64,000 nucleotides of DNA from Terriglobia bacterium (GCA_963666975.2 CAXVYR010000004.1:992001-1056000); one strand, 5' to 3'. Shown: positions 19,501 to 30,790, counted from the stretch's first letter. Notes: a model not told the origin generated them from the letters alone. A program made the numbers and translations.

Positions 19501-19838
19501 ACAAGCGCTGGAGAACGGCCTATCGGATGGATCTACAAACATGTATCTACAAGCATGGCGCTTTACACCAACCCTGAAATTGCCCTAATGATGCCATGCT
19601 GGCGTGACTGACCGAGTTGTTCTTCGTGCAGTGGCTGCGAGAACACTCTGCCCTCTTTGAACCATCCGGCAGGACATGAACCGCAGCCCCATATAGGGAA
19701 TCGCAATCTTGACGGAACGCGAGGTAATGGTTTTGGCACGGCCCGGCCTGTGCAGCAGTCCTGTTTGCTATAATCAGGGCCACCAAGCTGCTGTCCTGCA
19801 ATAGGACGTATAAGGTCATAAAGCAAGAGAGAGGCATT

Positions 19839-20548
19839 ATGAGCGCTTGTTTGCGTTATTTGTTGTTTGGGATTTTATGCTTGGTGTTGTTGTCAACACA
19901 GGCCTCCGCCCAGGAAATACTCTGGGAAACGCATAACGAAGAAGGCAACCATTCTTATCAGCAGGGCAAGTATGCCGAGGCGGAGAAGCAATTCTTAGCT
20001 GCCTTGCGAGAAGCGGAAAAGTTTGGGTCAGCGGACCGTCGTCTGGCCAGGGCCTCACCAGCCTGGCAACACTCTACCGCACACAGGGCAAATACAACGA
20101 CGCAGAGCCACTTTACCAGCGGGCATTGGAGATTGACGAAAAGGTTCTGGGGCCGGAAGACACTCAGGTAGCTGCGGAACTCAACAACCTGGGGGTACTC
20201 TACCACGCCCAGGCCAAATACTCCGAGGCCGAGGCGCTCTACCGGCGGGCTCTGCGGATTGACGAGAAGGCCATGGGGCCGGATCATCCCAGCCTGGCCA
20301 CAAACCTCAACAGCCTGGCTTTCCTCTACCATGACCAGCGCAAGTACGCCGAGGCCGAGCCGCTTTATCGGCGGGCATTGGCGATCATCGAGAAGGCCGT
20401 GGGACCGGACCATCCCAAGGTGACTGCGACCTTGGAGAGCTACGCCGCCTTGCTACGGAAGACGAACCGGGAGTACGAGGCGTTGAAAATGGAGGCCCGC
20501 GCCAAAGCCATCCGTGCCATGCACGCGCAGCAGAATCCAGCCAAATGA
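19839..20548 (+). pseudogene. Tetratricopeptide-repeat exported protein, frameshifted near 20050
   Basis: GKYAEAEKQF in one frame continues as LTSLATLY..GKYNDAEPLYQRALEIDEK..GPDHP in the -1 frame. Confidence 0.8.
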
Positions 20549-21022
20549 AAACAGACCCGCCTTGCCGAAAAGGCGCGGTTTGGCAGCGCAGTAGGCGGAG
20601 CACGCGCGGTCCCTACGGGCAGGTTCCCGGACTCAGTTCTCCGCGCGGCCACAATCCAATTTGTGTTTTCGCCTTGCCGTGACAGCAATGTACGGTAAAA
20701 GAACGACGGAGAGTAAACGATGGAGAGTAAGGGTTGCCCGCATAGCGGGGAATTGCGCAGGCCGAGCCAATTGGTTCCCCAAACGGATTCCCAAACAGAT
20801 TCCCTAACGGATTATAAGCTGAGAATACCCACCGAGAAGTGCTCACCGCCAGAGAGGAGAAAATGAGAGCCGCCGAATTTTTACCAGCCAATCGGAAACG
20901 GAGCATGCAAACAACCGCTCGGCAGTTGTTGCAAAGAGAGCGCGTGTTGCCAGGGGCGCTTATCACGCTGATTCCCGTCCTGATCCCCATGCTGTTCCTC
21001 GCCTGCTCGCCCGTCGCGCCGC

Positions 21023-21768
21023 CTGTTGCGGGAGCAGCCAGACCGCACGCTGGTGGAGTTGCAGCAGGGGTTATGGGAAGCCGAGAGGGTGCACTTCAGT
21101 ATTCAGCATCTGTGGCGACGGCTCCGGCGGATGGGCTTGCCGCTAAAAAAAGTCGCTCCGCGCCCAGGAGCAAGACACGCCGGAAAACCGGGAGCGCCGC
21201 AAGGCGTGGCAGGAGCAGAGCCAGCTGATGGATCCCCGGCAATGGGTGTTTGTGGACGAGAGCGGCGCGACCACGGAGATGACTCGGCGCTACGGTCGTG
21301 CGCCCCGCGGGGAACGGGTGCGGGAAGCTACGCCCGCCGGCCGCTGGAGCACGCTGACGCTTCTGGGAGCGATGAGCACCGAGGGATGGTTGGCGACCCT
21401 GACCGTGGAGTCGCCCACCGACGGAGATGTCTTTCTGGCTTACCTGGAACACGTGTTGTGTCCCCGGCTGGAACCGGGCCAGATCGTAGTCATGGACAAC
21501 CTGGGGGCGCATAAAGTTCAGGGAGTCCGAGAACTCATCGAAGCCACCGGAGCGAAACTGATGTACTTGCCGCCGTACTCGCCCGACTTCAACCCGATTG
21601 AACCATGCTGGGGGAAGGTGAAACAGAAGCTCCGTTCGCTGAAGGCCCGCACCGTGGACGCGCTGCAGGAGGCGATCTCCGAAGCCATCGCCACGATCAC
21701 CCCCAACAACGCCTCCGCCTGGTTCGCCCATTGCGGCTATGATCTACACTAACAGGAGAAATGCTCTA
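21023..21768 (+). mobile_element. IS630-family element, 5'-truncated
   Basis: HTH tail [23 protein letters not shown]; A7 run 21145-21151; [30 protein letters not shown]; right end gctcTA. Confidence 0.88.
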
Positions 21769-21780
21769 GTGTTCGTAAAT

Positions 21781-22398
21781 TCAAAAAAGCCCATGACGAA
21801 AGACCTTTTCTCCGTGGCTTGTATCTACCTGCTTACCCTTCGTCAGCGCCTCTTCGATGCGGTGCAGCATGAACACATCTTCTTTGTTATAAGTAAGCAG
21901 CTCGTTCAGGTAGCGCGCATCCCGGGATTCCTCGTATTTCTTCCAAGTCTCGTTGGCCCAGGCCCCGTCTTTGCCGGGGAGTTCCCTCTTGAGCCCCAGG
22001 GTTTCTTCCACCTTTTTCTGACCTCCATAAAGGCCATGCTCCCAGCACAGCGGCACGAGGTCAACGTGCTTGAACACTTCGTCAAGCACAACTCCGAGTT
22101 GGGCGGCTATCACGGGAAAATCGAATCCTATGCGGTGATTGATCCTGTCAGGAATGGAGCGGCCGTTGTAGGTCACGATGCGCCCGACTCCATCGAGCAC
22201 CTGCATCAATTGGTCTTTAGAGATGTCCTCACCGGTAAGCTGATAAAAAGAGTCATTGGTGTTATCCATAACTCGGGTGCTATCCATAACCCGAATTCCA
22301 AGCACAGTGATCTTATGATTCTTGAAATCCCTGCATAATTTGGGAAAAGGCAGCCGGCCGAGATAACTCGTCTCGATGTCAAGATAAGCTGCTTTCAT
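21781..22398 (-). CDS. RNase H-like (YprB/RNase_H_2-type) DEDD nuclease-family protein
   Basis: YLDIETS, VTYNG..FDFPVI, HVDL, GGQKKVEETLG, YNKEDV. Confidence 0.8.
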   Translation of the reverse strand: MKAAYLDIETSYLGRLPFPKLCRDFKNHKITVLGIRVMDSTRVMDNTNDSFYQLTGEDISKDQLMQVLDGVGRIVTYNGRSIPDRINHRIGFDFPVIAAQLGVVLDEVFKHVDLVPLCWEHGLYGGQKKVEETLGLKRELPGKDGAWANETWKKYEESRDARYLNELLTYNKEDVFMLHRIEEALTKGKQVDTSHGEKVFRHGLF

Positions 22399-22596
22399 GC
22401 GATTCCTCTTTTTCTATTTTCTGCCGGGCAGCATAGCATGAATCCGCCCACTGCGCGGCCAGCGGAAAAGCACATGGCGCAAATCGGCCCGCCAGATGTT
22501 TCCCCGCCCGAATGGAGGTTTTCGGGCGATAATGAAGCCCCGGATGATGCACGCGGATGGCGGTCGGGATGACGTCCGGGAGGCTGGCGGTGGCCC

Positions 22597-22869
22597 GTGA
22601 AATTGACGGTAAATAGTTACAGTGGGTATAAGGCGAATGAAAGGCCGCTTTTATTTGCGCTCGACGGCCACGAATATCAGGTGGAACGAGTGCTCGACCA
22701 ATGGTACGGACCCGACTCGGTTTATTTCAAAGTCCAGGCAAGCGACGGGAACCTGTACATCTTGAAGTATCATCAATCGTCCGATGAATGGAGCCTGGAG
22801 TCCTACCGCAGAGGGGCCACAGAGACCGGCGATATGCCGGCTGATCTGCCTACGGACCATCCCATCTGA
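22597..22869 (+). CDS. Small conserved hypothetical protein
   Basis: GGAGG upstream of GTG; [34 protein letters not shown]. Confidence 0.75.
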   Translation: MKLTVNSYSGYKANERPLLFALDGHEYQVERVLDQWYGPDSVYFKVQASDGNLYILKYHQSSDEWSLESYRRGATETGDMPADLPTDHPI

Positions 22870-22983
22870 ACCTTACAACTCGGAATGCAGAACCCGCAAT
22901 GAAGGATTCGGAATTGACCCTTGAAAACCGAGCGGGCCGAGCAGTATTGTCTTTCGGAGACTTCTGCTCGCTGAACCACATTG

Positions 22984-24939
22984 ATGAAACACATTATTGT
23001 CGGCACAGCCGGACACATTGACCACGGCAAAAGCGCGCTGGTGCGGGCCCTGACCGGAACCGACCCGGACCGCTGGGAAGAGGAAAAAAGGCGCGGCATC
23101 ACCATCGACATCGGCTTTGCCACGCTCGACCTGGACGCGGAGCACCGCCTGGGCTTCGTCGACGTTCCCGGCCACGAGCGGTTCGTCAAGAACATGCTGG
23201 CGGGGATCGGCGGCATTGACATGGTGCTGCTCGTGATTGCCGCCGACCAGTCGATTCAGCCGCAGACGCGCGAGCATTTTGACATCTGCCGCCTGCTGGA
23301 AGTGCGCCGGGGGATCATCCTGCTCACCAAAGCCGACTTGGTGGAGCCGGACATTCTGGAGCTGGTCAAACTGGAGGCGGAGGAGTTCGCCGCCGGGTCG
23401 TTCCTGGAGGGTGCGCCGATCCTGGCCGTCAGCTCGCGCACGGGCCAGGGCATGGACGCGCTGAAACAGCAGTTGTTGAGCCTGGCCGCCGAGGCGCCCG
23501 CCAAGGACTCTTCCCGCCACTTCCGCCTGCCCATCGACCGTGCCTTCGTGATGAAAGGATTCGGCGTGGTGGTGACGGGCACGCTCATCTCGGGCGAGAT
23601 TCACAAAGAGTCGGAAGTGGAGGTCCACCCGGTGGGAAAGCGGCTGCGCGTGCGGGGCATTCAGGTCCACAACCAAGCGGTGGAGACGGCTTCCGCCGGG
23701 CAGCGCACGGCCTTGAACCTGAGCGGCGCCGAGACCGGAGAGCTTGCTCGCGGCATGACGCTGTCGGACCCCGGCCGCTTCCTGGCCACCAAGCGCGCCG
23801 ACTGCCTGCTGCACCTACTGCCCTCGGCGCGGCCTCTCAAAAATGGCGCTTCGGTGCATTTCCACTCGGCGACCACTGAGGTAATCGGCAAGGCGATTCT
23901 CCTGGAGCAGCCGGCGGGCAATGGGGCCGCAAGCCGAGTGAAGAAAAACACGGAGAATAAAATGGAACCGGGCACAAGCGCCTGCGTGCAGTTCCGCCTG
24001 CGCGACCCGGTGCTGCTGTTGCCCGGCGACCGCTTTATCATCCGCCAGGTCTCTCCGGTGATTACGATTGGAGGCGGCAGGGTGCTTGAAAACTGGGTCC
24101 CGCGCCATTCGCTCCGCCGGATGGCGCGCGAAGACGTGATGAAAGCCCTGCGGGTGCTCCAAAGCGAAAACCGCGAGAGCATCCTGGAGACCCTGCTCCG
24201 CAACAGTCCGGGGGGCTGCCTGGGCGCGGAGGATTTGATTGCCCGCACGGGATGGCTGCTGGCCGAATGCAGCCAAACGGCACAGCAGTTACAGAAGGAG
24301 GGCAAGGCATCTGTCCTCTCGGAAAAACCTCTGCTGGTGGCGGAGGAAGCCCGCCTGGAGCAGTTGCGCCGCAGGACCGTCGAGACGCTGGAAAAATTCC
24401 ACAAACAAAATCCCCTTCTGCCCGGCATGTCCAAGGAAGCGCTCCGCACCAAGCTGTTTGCCCGCGCTTATCCCGCCCTCGCCGAGCCTGTCCTGAAGAA
24501 GCTGGCCGATCTCGGAAAAATTGCCGTGGCCGGAGAGCTGGTAAAGCTGGGAGGCCACAAAATCGTCTTGAAGGACGAAGAGCAGCAGGCCAAGCAGCAG
24601 ATCGCACGCGCCTTTGAGCGGGCCGGGTTGAGGGTCCCCGCCGTGAAAGATGTCCTCGGCAAACTCCCCTTGGAGCGGCAACGGGCGGAGAGAATTCTCA
24701 AGATTCTGCTCCAGGAAAAATTGTTGATACGGGTTTCAGACGATCTGGTATTCCACGCCGACGCCATCGGCAAGCTCCGCCAAACGCTGGCACAGTACAA
24801 AACCACGAGCGACCGCATCAAGGTCGGCGCTTTCAAGGACTTGGCGCAAATCAGCCGCAAATATGCCATCCCCTTGCTCGAATATCTGGACCGCGAACAC
24901 GTCACACGACGGGCCGGCGATGAGCGCATCCTGCTGTGA
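22984..24939 (+). CDS. selB: Selenocysteine-specific elongation factor
   Basis: [33 protein letters not shown]-terminal [13 protein letters not shown] winged helix. Confidence 0.97.
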   Translation: MKHIIVGTAGHIDHGKSALVRALTGTDPDRWEEEKRRGITIDIGFATLDLDAEHRLGFVDVPGHERFVKNMLAGIGGIDMVLLVIAADQSIQPQTREHFDICRLLEVRRGIILLTKADLVEPDILELVKLEAEEFAAGSFLEGAPILAVSSRTGQGMDALKQQLLSLAAEAPAKDSSRHFRLPIDRAFVMKGFGVVVTGTLISGEIHKESEVEVHPVGKRLRVRGIQVHNQAVETASAGQRTALNLSGAETGELARGMTLSDPGRFLATKRADCLLHLLPSARPLKNGASVHFHSATTEVIGKAILLEQPAGNGAASRVKKNTENKMEPGTSACVQFRLRDPVLLLPGDRFIIRQVSPVITIGGGRVLENWVPRHSLRRMAREDVMKALRVLQSENRESILETLLRNSPGGCLGAEDLIARTGWLLAECSQTAQQLQKEGKASVLSEKPLLVAEEARLEQLRRRTVETLEKFHKQNPLLPGMSKEALRTKLFARAYPALAEPVLKKLADLGKIAVAGELVKLGGHKIVLKDEEQQAKQQIARAFERAGLRVPAVKDVLGKLPLERQRAERILKILLQEKLLIRVSDDLVFHADAIGKLRQTLAQYKTTSDRIKVGAFKDLAQISRKYAIPLLEYLDREHVTRRAGDERILL

Positions 24940-25071
24940 GCCCGCTGCCGCTCCTCTACTCCTCCAAGCCGCTTGGCAACCCCCTCTCTCCAAAGCAAAG
25001 AATCTCCTCAATCTTGTTGTTGTATCAGGGCTAGGAGAGGCCTAGAATAGAGGCGGAGGCGAAGGATTGAA

Positions 25072-25284
25072 ATGGAACAAGCTATTGGCATGTTTATGAT
25101 CGGGCCCGTCGGGCCGATGGAACTGGTCATCATTGGGATAATTGCCGCGCTGGTATTCGGCGGCAAGCGCCTCGGGGATTTAGGAAAAGGTTTGGGAGAA
25201 GGCATCCGCAACTTCCGGAGCGCCGTCAGTTCGAAAGAGGAGAAGGCCGTGGAAGGGGACAATCCTACGAAACCCTCTTCCTAA
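25072..25284 (+). CDS. tatA: Twin-arginine translocase TatA/TatE subunit
   Basis: ELVIIGIIAALVFGGKRLGDLGKGLGEGIRNFR; true start may be 25090-25096. Confidence 0.92.
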   Translation: MEQAIGMFMIGPVGPMELVIIGIIAALVFGGKRLGDLGKGLGEGIRNFRSAVSSKEEKAVEGDNPTKPSS

Positions 25285-25340
25285 GCAGCCGATCTGACCT
25301 CCTGTGCGCTCTTCCCAGCTGCAATGATGCTGCAACGCTC

Positions 25341-26072
25341 TCACGGGTTGTTGCCGCTCCCCTTGTCTTGCCGCGCGGATTCGATTTTCTTCAACATCAG
25401 ATAGACCACCGAGACGGGCAACCCTACCACGTTAAAGTAGCAGCCGTGGACCCATTCCACGAACTTTGACGCTCTGCCCTGAATCGCATAAGCGCCTGCT
25501 TTGCCGAGCGGTTCCCGGGTGGCGACGTATTGTTCAATTTCCTGTTCGGTGAGCCGGCGGAATTTTACGGTGGTCGCGACTACGCGCACGTTTTTCTTGT
25601 GCGCAAGTTTTCGCGCGGGCCGTGGCGCAGACTTCTGCAACGCTCCTTGCAACGCCCCTTGCGATGAAGGCCACAGGAGGCAGAGCCCGGTCAGGACCTT
25701 GTGCTTTTTTCCGGAGAGCAACCGGAGCATCCGCCGCGCCTCTTCCACCGAAGCCGGTTTGCCCAGCGTTCGCCGTCCCAGCACAACCACCGTATCGGCC
25801 CCCAATATGGGGAGAAGGGAAGGTTGTGGAAGCCGCGCCAGGGCAGCTTCGGCTTTCTCGGCTGCCATTCGGGCGACGAACTTGCTTGCGGGCTCGCCTT
25901 TCCTCTGCCGCTCCCGGATGGATGTGCGGATCGCCTTATAATTGATTCCGGCAGCCCGTAGGATTTCGCTTCTTCGGGGGGAGGCCGAGGCCAGGATGAT
26001 TTTTCTCGCCGGGCTGTTCTTGAATGGAAACCCGGATGGTGAACGTCCAGATAAAGACAACGGCGGTATCAT
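25341..26072 (-). CDS. maf: Maf family nucleoside triphosphate pyrophosphatase
   Basis: ILASASPRR, GADTVV, LGKP, KAGAYAIQG, NVVGLP; start uncertain. Confidence 0.93.
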   Translation of the reverse strand: MIPPLSLSGRSPSGFPFKNSPARKIILASASPRRSEILRAAGINYKAIRTSIRERQRKGEPASKFVARMAAEKAEAALARLPQPSLLPILGADTVVVLGRRTLGKPASVEEARRMLRLLSGKKHKVLTGLCLLWPSSQGALQGALQKSAPRPARKLAHKKNVRVVATTVKFRRLTEQEIEQYVATREPLGKAGAYAIQGRASKFVEWVHGCYFNVVGLPVSVVYLMLKKIESARQDKGSGNNP

Positions 26073-26183
26073 GCTTTACGGTCCTCTTGACGGAAATAGC
26101 GCGTAGCAGGGTATGTTACAAGAGTTATGTTACAATGCGCGCATTGAGAATCCCGTAGTGGCCCAAGCACAGTGGTCTGACCC

Positions 26184-26657
26184 ATGAAGTCTTTCCGAGA
26201 GAGCCTTTCGGCGAATTTCCTAAAAAACATCGAGCGCGAAGTGGGCCGCGAGGAAAGCCTGCGTCTTCTGTGGCCTGTTGTTGTCGGCCGGCGGCTGGCG
26301 GACAATACGCGGTTGAAGGGGATACAAAACGGCCGGTTGATCCTCGCTGTGCCGGACCGCAGTTGGCGCGCATCGCTGGGGTCTGTGGATATAGAGAAAA
26401 TGATTCTGGACGCCGTGAACAGCTTATGGGGAGAGCCTGTCTGTCACTCCATCGAGTTCTTCGAAGACCCCCGGATGGCCCCTCCACCGCAAGAACAACG
26501 GAACAAGCGTCCCCAGCCGCTCCGGGAACCGCCCCCTGTAGATTTGCCAGCCGCTGCAACAGTGGCCGATGATTCCCTCCGGAAGCTCATTGTTCAATCC
26601 GCAAGCAAATACCTTGCCCGGCAGGAGGAAAGCCCTCAGGAGGAAAACCTAAGGTGA
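26184..26657 (+). CDS. DciA/DUF721 family protein
   Basis: LWPVVVGRRLADNTR...GRLILAVPDRSW. Confidence 0.7.
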   Translation: MKSFRESLSANFLKNIEREVGREESLRLLWPVVVGRRLADNTRLKGIQNGRLILAVPDRSWRASLGSVDIEKMILDAVNSLWGEPVCHSIEFFEDPRMAPPPQEQRNKRPQPLREPPPVDLPAAATVADDSLRKLIVQSASKYLARQEESPQEENLR

Positions 26658-26953
26658 AGATCACCGAAAAAGACGTTCGCTACGTGGCTGCCCTGGCCCA
26701 TTTGGATCTCACGGAAAAAGAAACCGCGCAGCATGTGGCGGAGCTCGATTCGATCCTAACCTACGTGGAAAAACTGAATCAGCTCGACACCTCCACCGTG
26801 GAACCCATGGCGCAAGTGCTCCATGAAGCCGCAGAGCCAACCGCGCTCCGGGAGGACCGCGACCGTCAGGGTTTCCGCCAGGAACAGTCGCTCGGGAATG
26901 CTCCGGAGAGCGGGGCCGGACACTTCAAGGTTGCCAAGGTGATCGCAAGGTGA
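26654..26953 (+). CDS. gatC: Asp/Glu-tRNA amidotransferase subunit C
   Basis: [42 protein letters not shown]. Confidence 0.95.
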   Translation: MKITEKDVRYVAALAHLDLTEKETAQHVAELDSILTYVEKLNQLDTSTVEPMAQVLHEAAEPTALREDRDRQGFRQEQSLGNAPESGAGHFKVAKVIAR

Positions 26954-26960
26954 TTCAAGA

Positions 26961-28439
26961 ATGAGCCTGGACATCAGCAACTGGAAAATCGATGACGTGC
27001 TGCGGTCGCTTCGCTCGCGCGAGGCCACCGCCACCGAAATCTGCCAGGCGAGCCTTGCCCGGATCGCCGCAGAGAACCCCAAGAACAACTCGCTGATCAC
27101 CGTCACCCCAGAGCGCGCCCTGGCTCGCGCCGCTGCAATCGACCGCATGGCAGCCAGCGGGGAGCAGTTGCCTCCGCTGGCCGGGGTTCCGGTGGCCGTC
27201 AAGGACGTCATCGTGACCGAAGGGGTCCGGACCACCTGCGCCTCCCGCATCCTGGATAATTATGTACCGCCCTACACGGCGACCGCCGTCGAGCGGATGG
27301 AAGCGGCGGGAGCCATCGTGGTAGGCAAGGCCAACTGCGACGAGTTCGCCATGGGCTCCTCGAACGAAAACTCGGCGTTTGGGCCGGTCCGCAATCCCCA
27401 CGATTTAGAGCGCGTGCCGGGAGGCTCCAGCGGCGGCTCTGCGGCGGCCGTGGCCTCCGGCATGGCGGTGGTCGCGCTTGGCAGCGACACCGGGGGTTCG
27501 GTTCGCCAGCCGGCTTCTTTTTGCGGCGTGGTGGGATTGATGCCCACTTACGGCAGAGTCTCCCGGTACGGACTGGTGGCCTATGCCTCCTCGCTCGACC
27601 ACATCGGCCCTGTCGGGCGCTCCGTCAAGGACGTGGCCGTGCTGCTGTCGGCGATCGCAGGTCACGATCCCTTGGACTCCACCTCCGCGGCCGTCCCGGT
27701 CCCGAACTACGCCGCGCAGCTCGATGGGGATCTGAAAGGATTCAAGATCGGCGTCCCTCGGGAATACTTCGCCGAGGGCCTTTCCTCCGGAGTTCGCACC
27801 CAAGTGGAAGCGGGCCTCCAGGCGCTCGGCAAACTAGGGTGCGAGATGGTGGACATCACGCTGCCGCACACCGAGTACGCCACCGCCTGCTACTACATCA
27901 TCGCCACCGCCGAAGCCAGCGCCAACCTGGCCCGCTATGACGGCGTCCGCTACGGCTACCGGGCGCCGGGAGCTGCCTCGCTTTCGAAGATGTACCAGAA
28001 GACTCGCGGCCAGGGGTTCGGCGCGGAAGTCAAACGCCGCATCATCCTGGGCACTTATGTTTTGAGCGCCGGTTATTACGACGCCTATTACCGGAAGGCT
28101 CAAAAGGTCCGCCATCTGGTAACGGGGGATTTTGGGGAAGCCTTCGAGAAGGTGGATGCGATTGCGGCGCCTACCTCTCCCACGCCCGCCTTCCGGATCG
28201 GAGAAAAAACGGCCAACCCGCTGGAGATGTACCTGTCGGATGTCTACACCCTCCCCGGCAGCCTGGCGGGAATCCCCGGAATCTCAGTCCCGTGCGGGTG
28301 GAGTTCAGCGGAAGGCGGCGGGAGCTCTCCCGAAAAGAAAAAACTCCCGGTAGGACTTCAATTGCTGAGCAAGCACTTTGACGAAGCCCGGCTACTTTGC
28401 CTGGCGCATCAGTTTGAACTGGCGGGCGGAGTTGCTTAA
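26961..28439 (+). CDS. gatA: Asp/Glu-tRNA amidotransferase subunit A
   Basis: [43 protein letters not shown]. Confidence 0.97.
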   Translation: MSLDISNWKIDDVLRSLRSREATATEICQASLARIAAENPKNNSLITVTPERALARAAAIDRMAASGEQLPPLAGVPVAVKDVIVTEGVRTTCASRILDNYVPPYTATAVERMEAAGAIVVGKANCDEFAMGSSNENSAFGPVRNPHDLERVPGGSSGGSAAAVASGMAVVALGSDTGGSVRQPASFCGVVGLMPTYGRVSRYGLVAYASSLDHIGPVGRSVKDVAVLLSAIAGHDPLDSTSAAVPVPNYAAQLDGDLKGFKIGVPREYFAEGLSSGVRTQVEAGLQALGKLGCEMVDITLPHTEYATACYYIIATAEASANLARYDGVRYGYRAPGAASLSKMYQKTRGQGFGAEVKRRIILGTYVLSAGYYDAYYRKAQKVRHLVTGDFGEAFEKVDAIAAPTSPTPAFRIGEKTANPLEMYLSDVYTLPGSLAGIPGISVPCGWSSAEGGGSSPEKKKLPVGLQLLSKHFDEARLLCLAHQFELAGGVA

Positions 28440-28614
28440 AGCTTCTCCGTTCCTATAGCGGGGAATAGGGCGGGAGCCAGGAATCGACGCTCCGGGTGCG
28501 GCTTGTTTTTCCGGATTTTCTTGTGGCACAATCGGTCCATCATCGGAAGTCCGGCCGGTCGCGGCCAGGCAGAATTCATTTTGCCGCAGAACGAACCCCT
28601 TGAGGGAGGAAAGT

Positions 28615-28953
28615 ATGGAAGCCATTCGGTTGGGAGACACCATCGACGACCACTGTTCGCATTGCCGTTTGCTGACAGACCACTCCGTCGTGGCGTTGAT
28701 TGGCGAGGAAGTAAAAAAGGTGCGCTGCCGCACCTGTAATTACGAGCACAATTTCCGGCATGGCAAGGGCGGACAAAAAAAGAAACCGAAGCTCTCCGCT
28801 TACGAGCAGGTGCTGGCTTCGGTGATGGCGGGAATGCCGGGTGGACCGGCCACGAATGCCGAAGACGACGCCCCGCCGCCCGGCGCAACTCACCGCAATC
28901 GCACCCGCACCCGCACCCTTCCCAAACGCAACCGGCCCCTGTCCCGGCGTTAG
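28615..28953 (+). CDS. Small putative zinc-binding protein
   Basis: GGAGGA RBS; CSHC..H..CRTC..H. Confidence 0.75.
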   Translation: MEAIRLGDTIDDHCSHCRLLTDHSVVALIGEEVKKVRCRTCNYEHNFRHGKGGQKKKPKLSAYEQVLASVMAGMPGGPATNAEDDAPPPGATHRNRTRTRTLPKRNRPLSRR

Positions 28954-28981
28954 TTAGCGGACTTTCCTGGCAAGCTTCCGC

Positions 28982-29329
28982 CTACCCGGAAACCAGCGAC
29001 TCAGCCTGCCCGGCCAGCTCGATGGCCCGCTTCGGAGCCGCCGTGAGAAACGGCTCTTGAACCGCCTCTCCTTTTTCGAGCAGCTCCTTCAGGAAAAGGC
29101 CCGCCATTTGGATGGCCATGGCGTCGGTCAGCGTCCGTCCGGTGCGCCGCTCGTGCTCGGCAAAAGCGATATGCGGAAGGGCGATCACAACCCCTTTCCC
29201 GTCGACCAGAAACTTCACATCTACGGTATCGCTATGGCGCGGCGCGATTCCGGTCGTCAGGGTGGAGAAGCGGCAGTGGTATGTTTTTCCGCCGGCGGGA
29301 GAGGAAACAGAAAATTCTTCGTATGCCAT
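28982..29329 (-). CDS. Hypothetical protein
   Basis: ATG with AAGG upstream; GIAPRHSDTVDVKF; coding-like composition. Confidence 0.7.
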   Translation of the reverse strand: MAYEEFSVSSPAGGKTYHCRFSTLTTGIAPRHSDTVDVKFLVDGKGVVIALPHIAFAEHERRTGRTLTDAMAIQMAGLFLKELLEKGEAVQEPFLTAAPKRAIELAGQAESLVSG

Positions 29330-29470
29330 ATACCTTATCCCAATCCAGCCGGTCAGGGAGGCCCCTTCCCTTTTTTACGCTCCCGGCTTCGAGAATTGTA
29401 TCGGAAATTACGGTGAAGCGAGAGGAGGAATTTCTCCTCTGCTGGTCAGCGCCGCACCGATTAACATCGC

Positions 29471-30790
29471 TCAGGCGCGATGGTGCCGCTGCTTGATGAG
29501 GATGGGAGTTCCCTGAAACCCGTACTGCTTGCGCAATTGATTGATCAGAAACCGCTCAAAGGAAAAGTGCAGCCGGTGTTTCTTGTCGGTGAACAGCACG
29601 AAGGTGGGGGGGCTGACGGTGGATTGCGTCATGTAGTAGATCTTGGGCCGCAGGCGGGCAGGGCTGGTGGCTCGGTCGAGATCGATCTTCTGCAGAAAAC
29701 GGTTGAGTCCCGCAGTGGTGATCCGCAAACGACGCGACTCGGCAACCCGGAGCACCTCCGGAAATATCTTCCCTACTCCCAGGCCGGTCTTGGCCGAGAT
29801 AAACAGCCTCGGCGCATACTCCAAAAATTTGAATTTCCGGACGGCTTCCTGCAGCAGCTTCTTCCGGGCAACGCCGCGTTCCTGCACCTGATCCCATTTA
29901 TTCACCAAGATGATTATGGACTTGCCGTCCTCGTGGGCGTAACCCGCGATGGTGGCATCCAGGGCTGCGATGTCTTCCGTCCCATCGATCAAAAACAAGG
30001 CGACGTCGCACATCCGGAGGTGGCGACGGGCCATTACCACGCTCAGTTTTTCGGCCAGCAGCTTCGTCTTGCCTTTGCGGCGGATGCCCGCCGTGTCCAC
30101 CAGCCGGTAGGATTTTCCGTCCTGCTCCATCAGCGTATCCACGGCGTCGCGGGTCGTTCCCGGCGTCTCAGAGACAATCGAGCGGTCGCTCCTCGCGAGC
30201 CGGTTCAGCAGCGTAGACTTTCCCACGTTCGGCCTGCCAATGATGGCGACGTTGATTTCGTCCCTTTTCTCGGCGACCTCGGAGGTGGTGGCGGGAAGCG
30301 CGGCGGTAATCTCGTCGAGCAGATCATCCAAACCGACGCCATGTTCAGCCGAGATGGGGAAAAGCCGGGGAATGCCCAGAGCGTAAAATTCGGCGGCAGG
30401 CGGCATCTGCTTGAGACTGTCCACCTTGTTCACCGCCAAAAGCAGCGGCTTGCCCGTGCGCCGGAGCAGCCTCGCCAGCTCCTGGTCCGATGCGGTGATT
30501 TCGCTTCTCCCGTCCGCCACCATCACCACCTGCTGGGCCTGGTCGATGGCGACTCGGGCCTGGACAATAATCCGCTCCGGAATCTCTGCGGAGTCCCCCA
30601 CCAGCATTCCGCCGGTGTCCACCACTTCAAATTCCTTGCCGAGCCACTCCGCCCAGCCGTAGATGCGGTCCCGCGTCATGCCGGGCTCGTCGCCCACAAT
30701 GGCCCTCCGCCCGCCCGTGATGCGGTTGAACAAAGTGGATTTGCCGACGTTCGGCCGCCCCACGATGACTACGCTGGAAAGCAATGGCAT
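29471..30790 (-). CDS. der: Ribosome biogenesis GTPase Der
   Basis: Two GRPNVGKSTL G-domains, DTAGIRRK, C-terminal PPTF..FQGTPI. Confidence 0.97.
   Translation of the reverse strand: MPLLSSVVIVGRPNVGKSTLFNRITGGRRAIVGDEPGMTRDRIYGWAEWLGKEFEVVDTGGMLVGDSAEIPERIIVQARVAIDQAQQVVMVADGRSEITASDQELARLLRRTGKPLLLAVNKVDSLKQMPPAAEFYALGIPRLFPISAEHGVGLDDLLDEITAALPATTSEVAEKRDEINVAIIGRPNVGKSTLLNRLARSDRSIVSETPGTTRDAVDTLMEQDGKSYRLVDTAGIRRKGKTKLLAEKLSVVMARRHLRMCDVALFLIDGTEDIAALDATIAGYAHEDGKSIIILVNKWDQVQERGVARKKLLQEAVRKFKFLEYAPRLFISAKTGLGVGKIFPEVLRVAESRRLRITTAGLNRFLQKIDLDRATSPARLRPKIYYMTQSTVSPPTFVLFTDKKHRLHFSFERFLINQLRKQYGFQGTPILIKQRHHRA

Noticed and set aside
19734-19752. Sigma-54 promoter (TGGCACG)
   Set aside because: No TTGC at the -12 position
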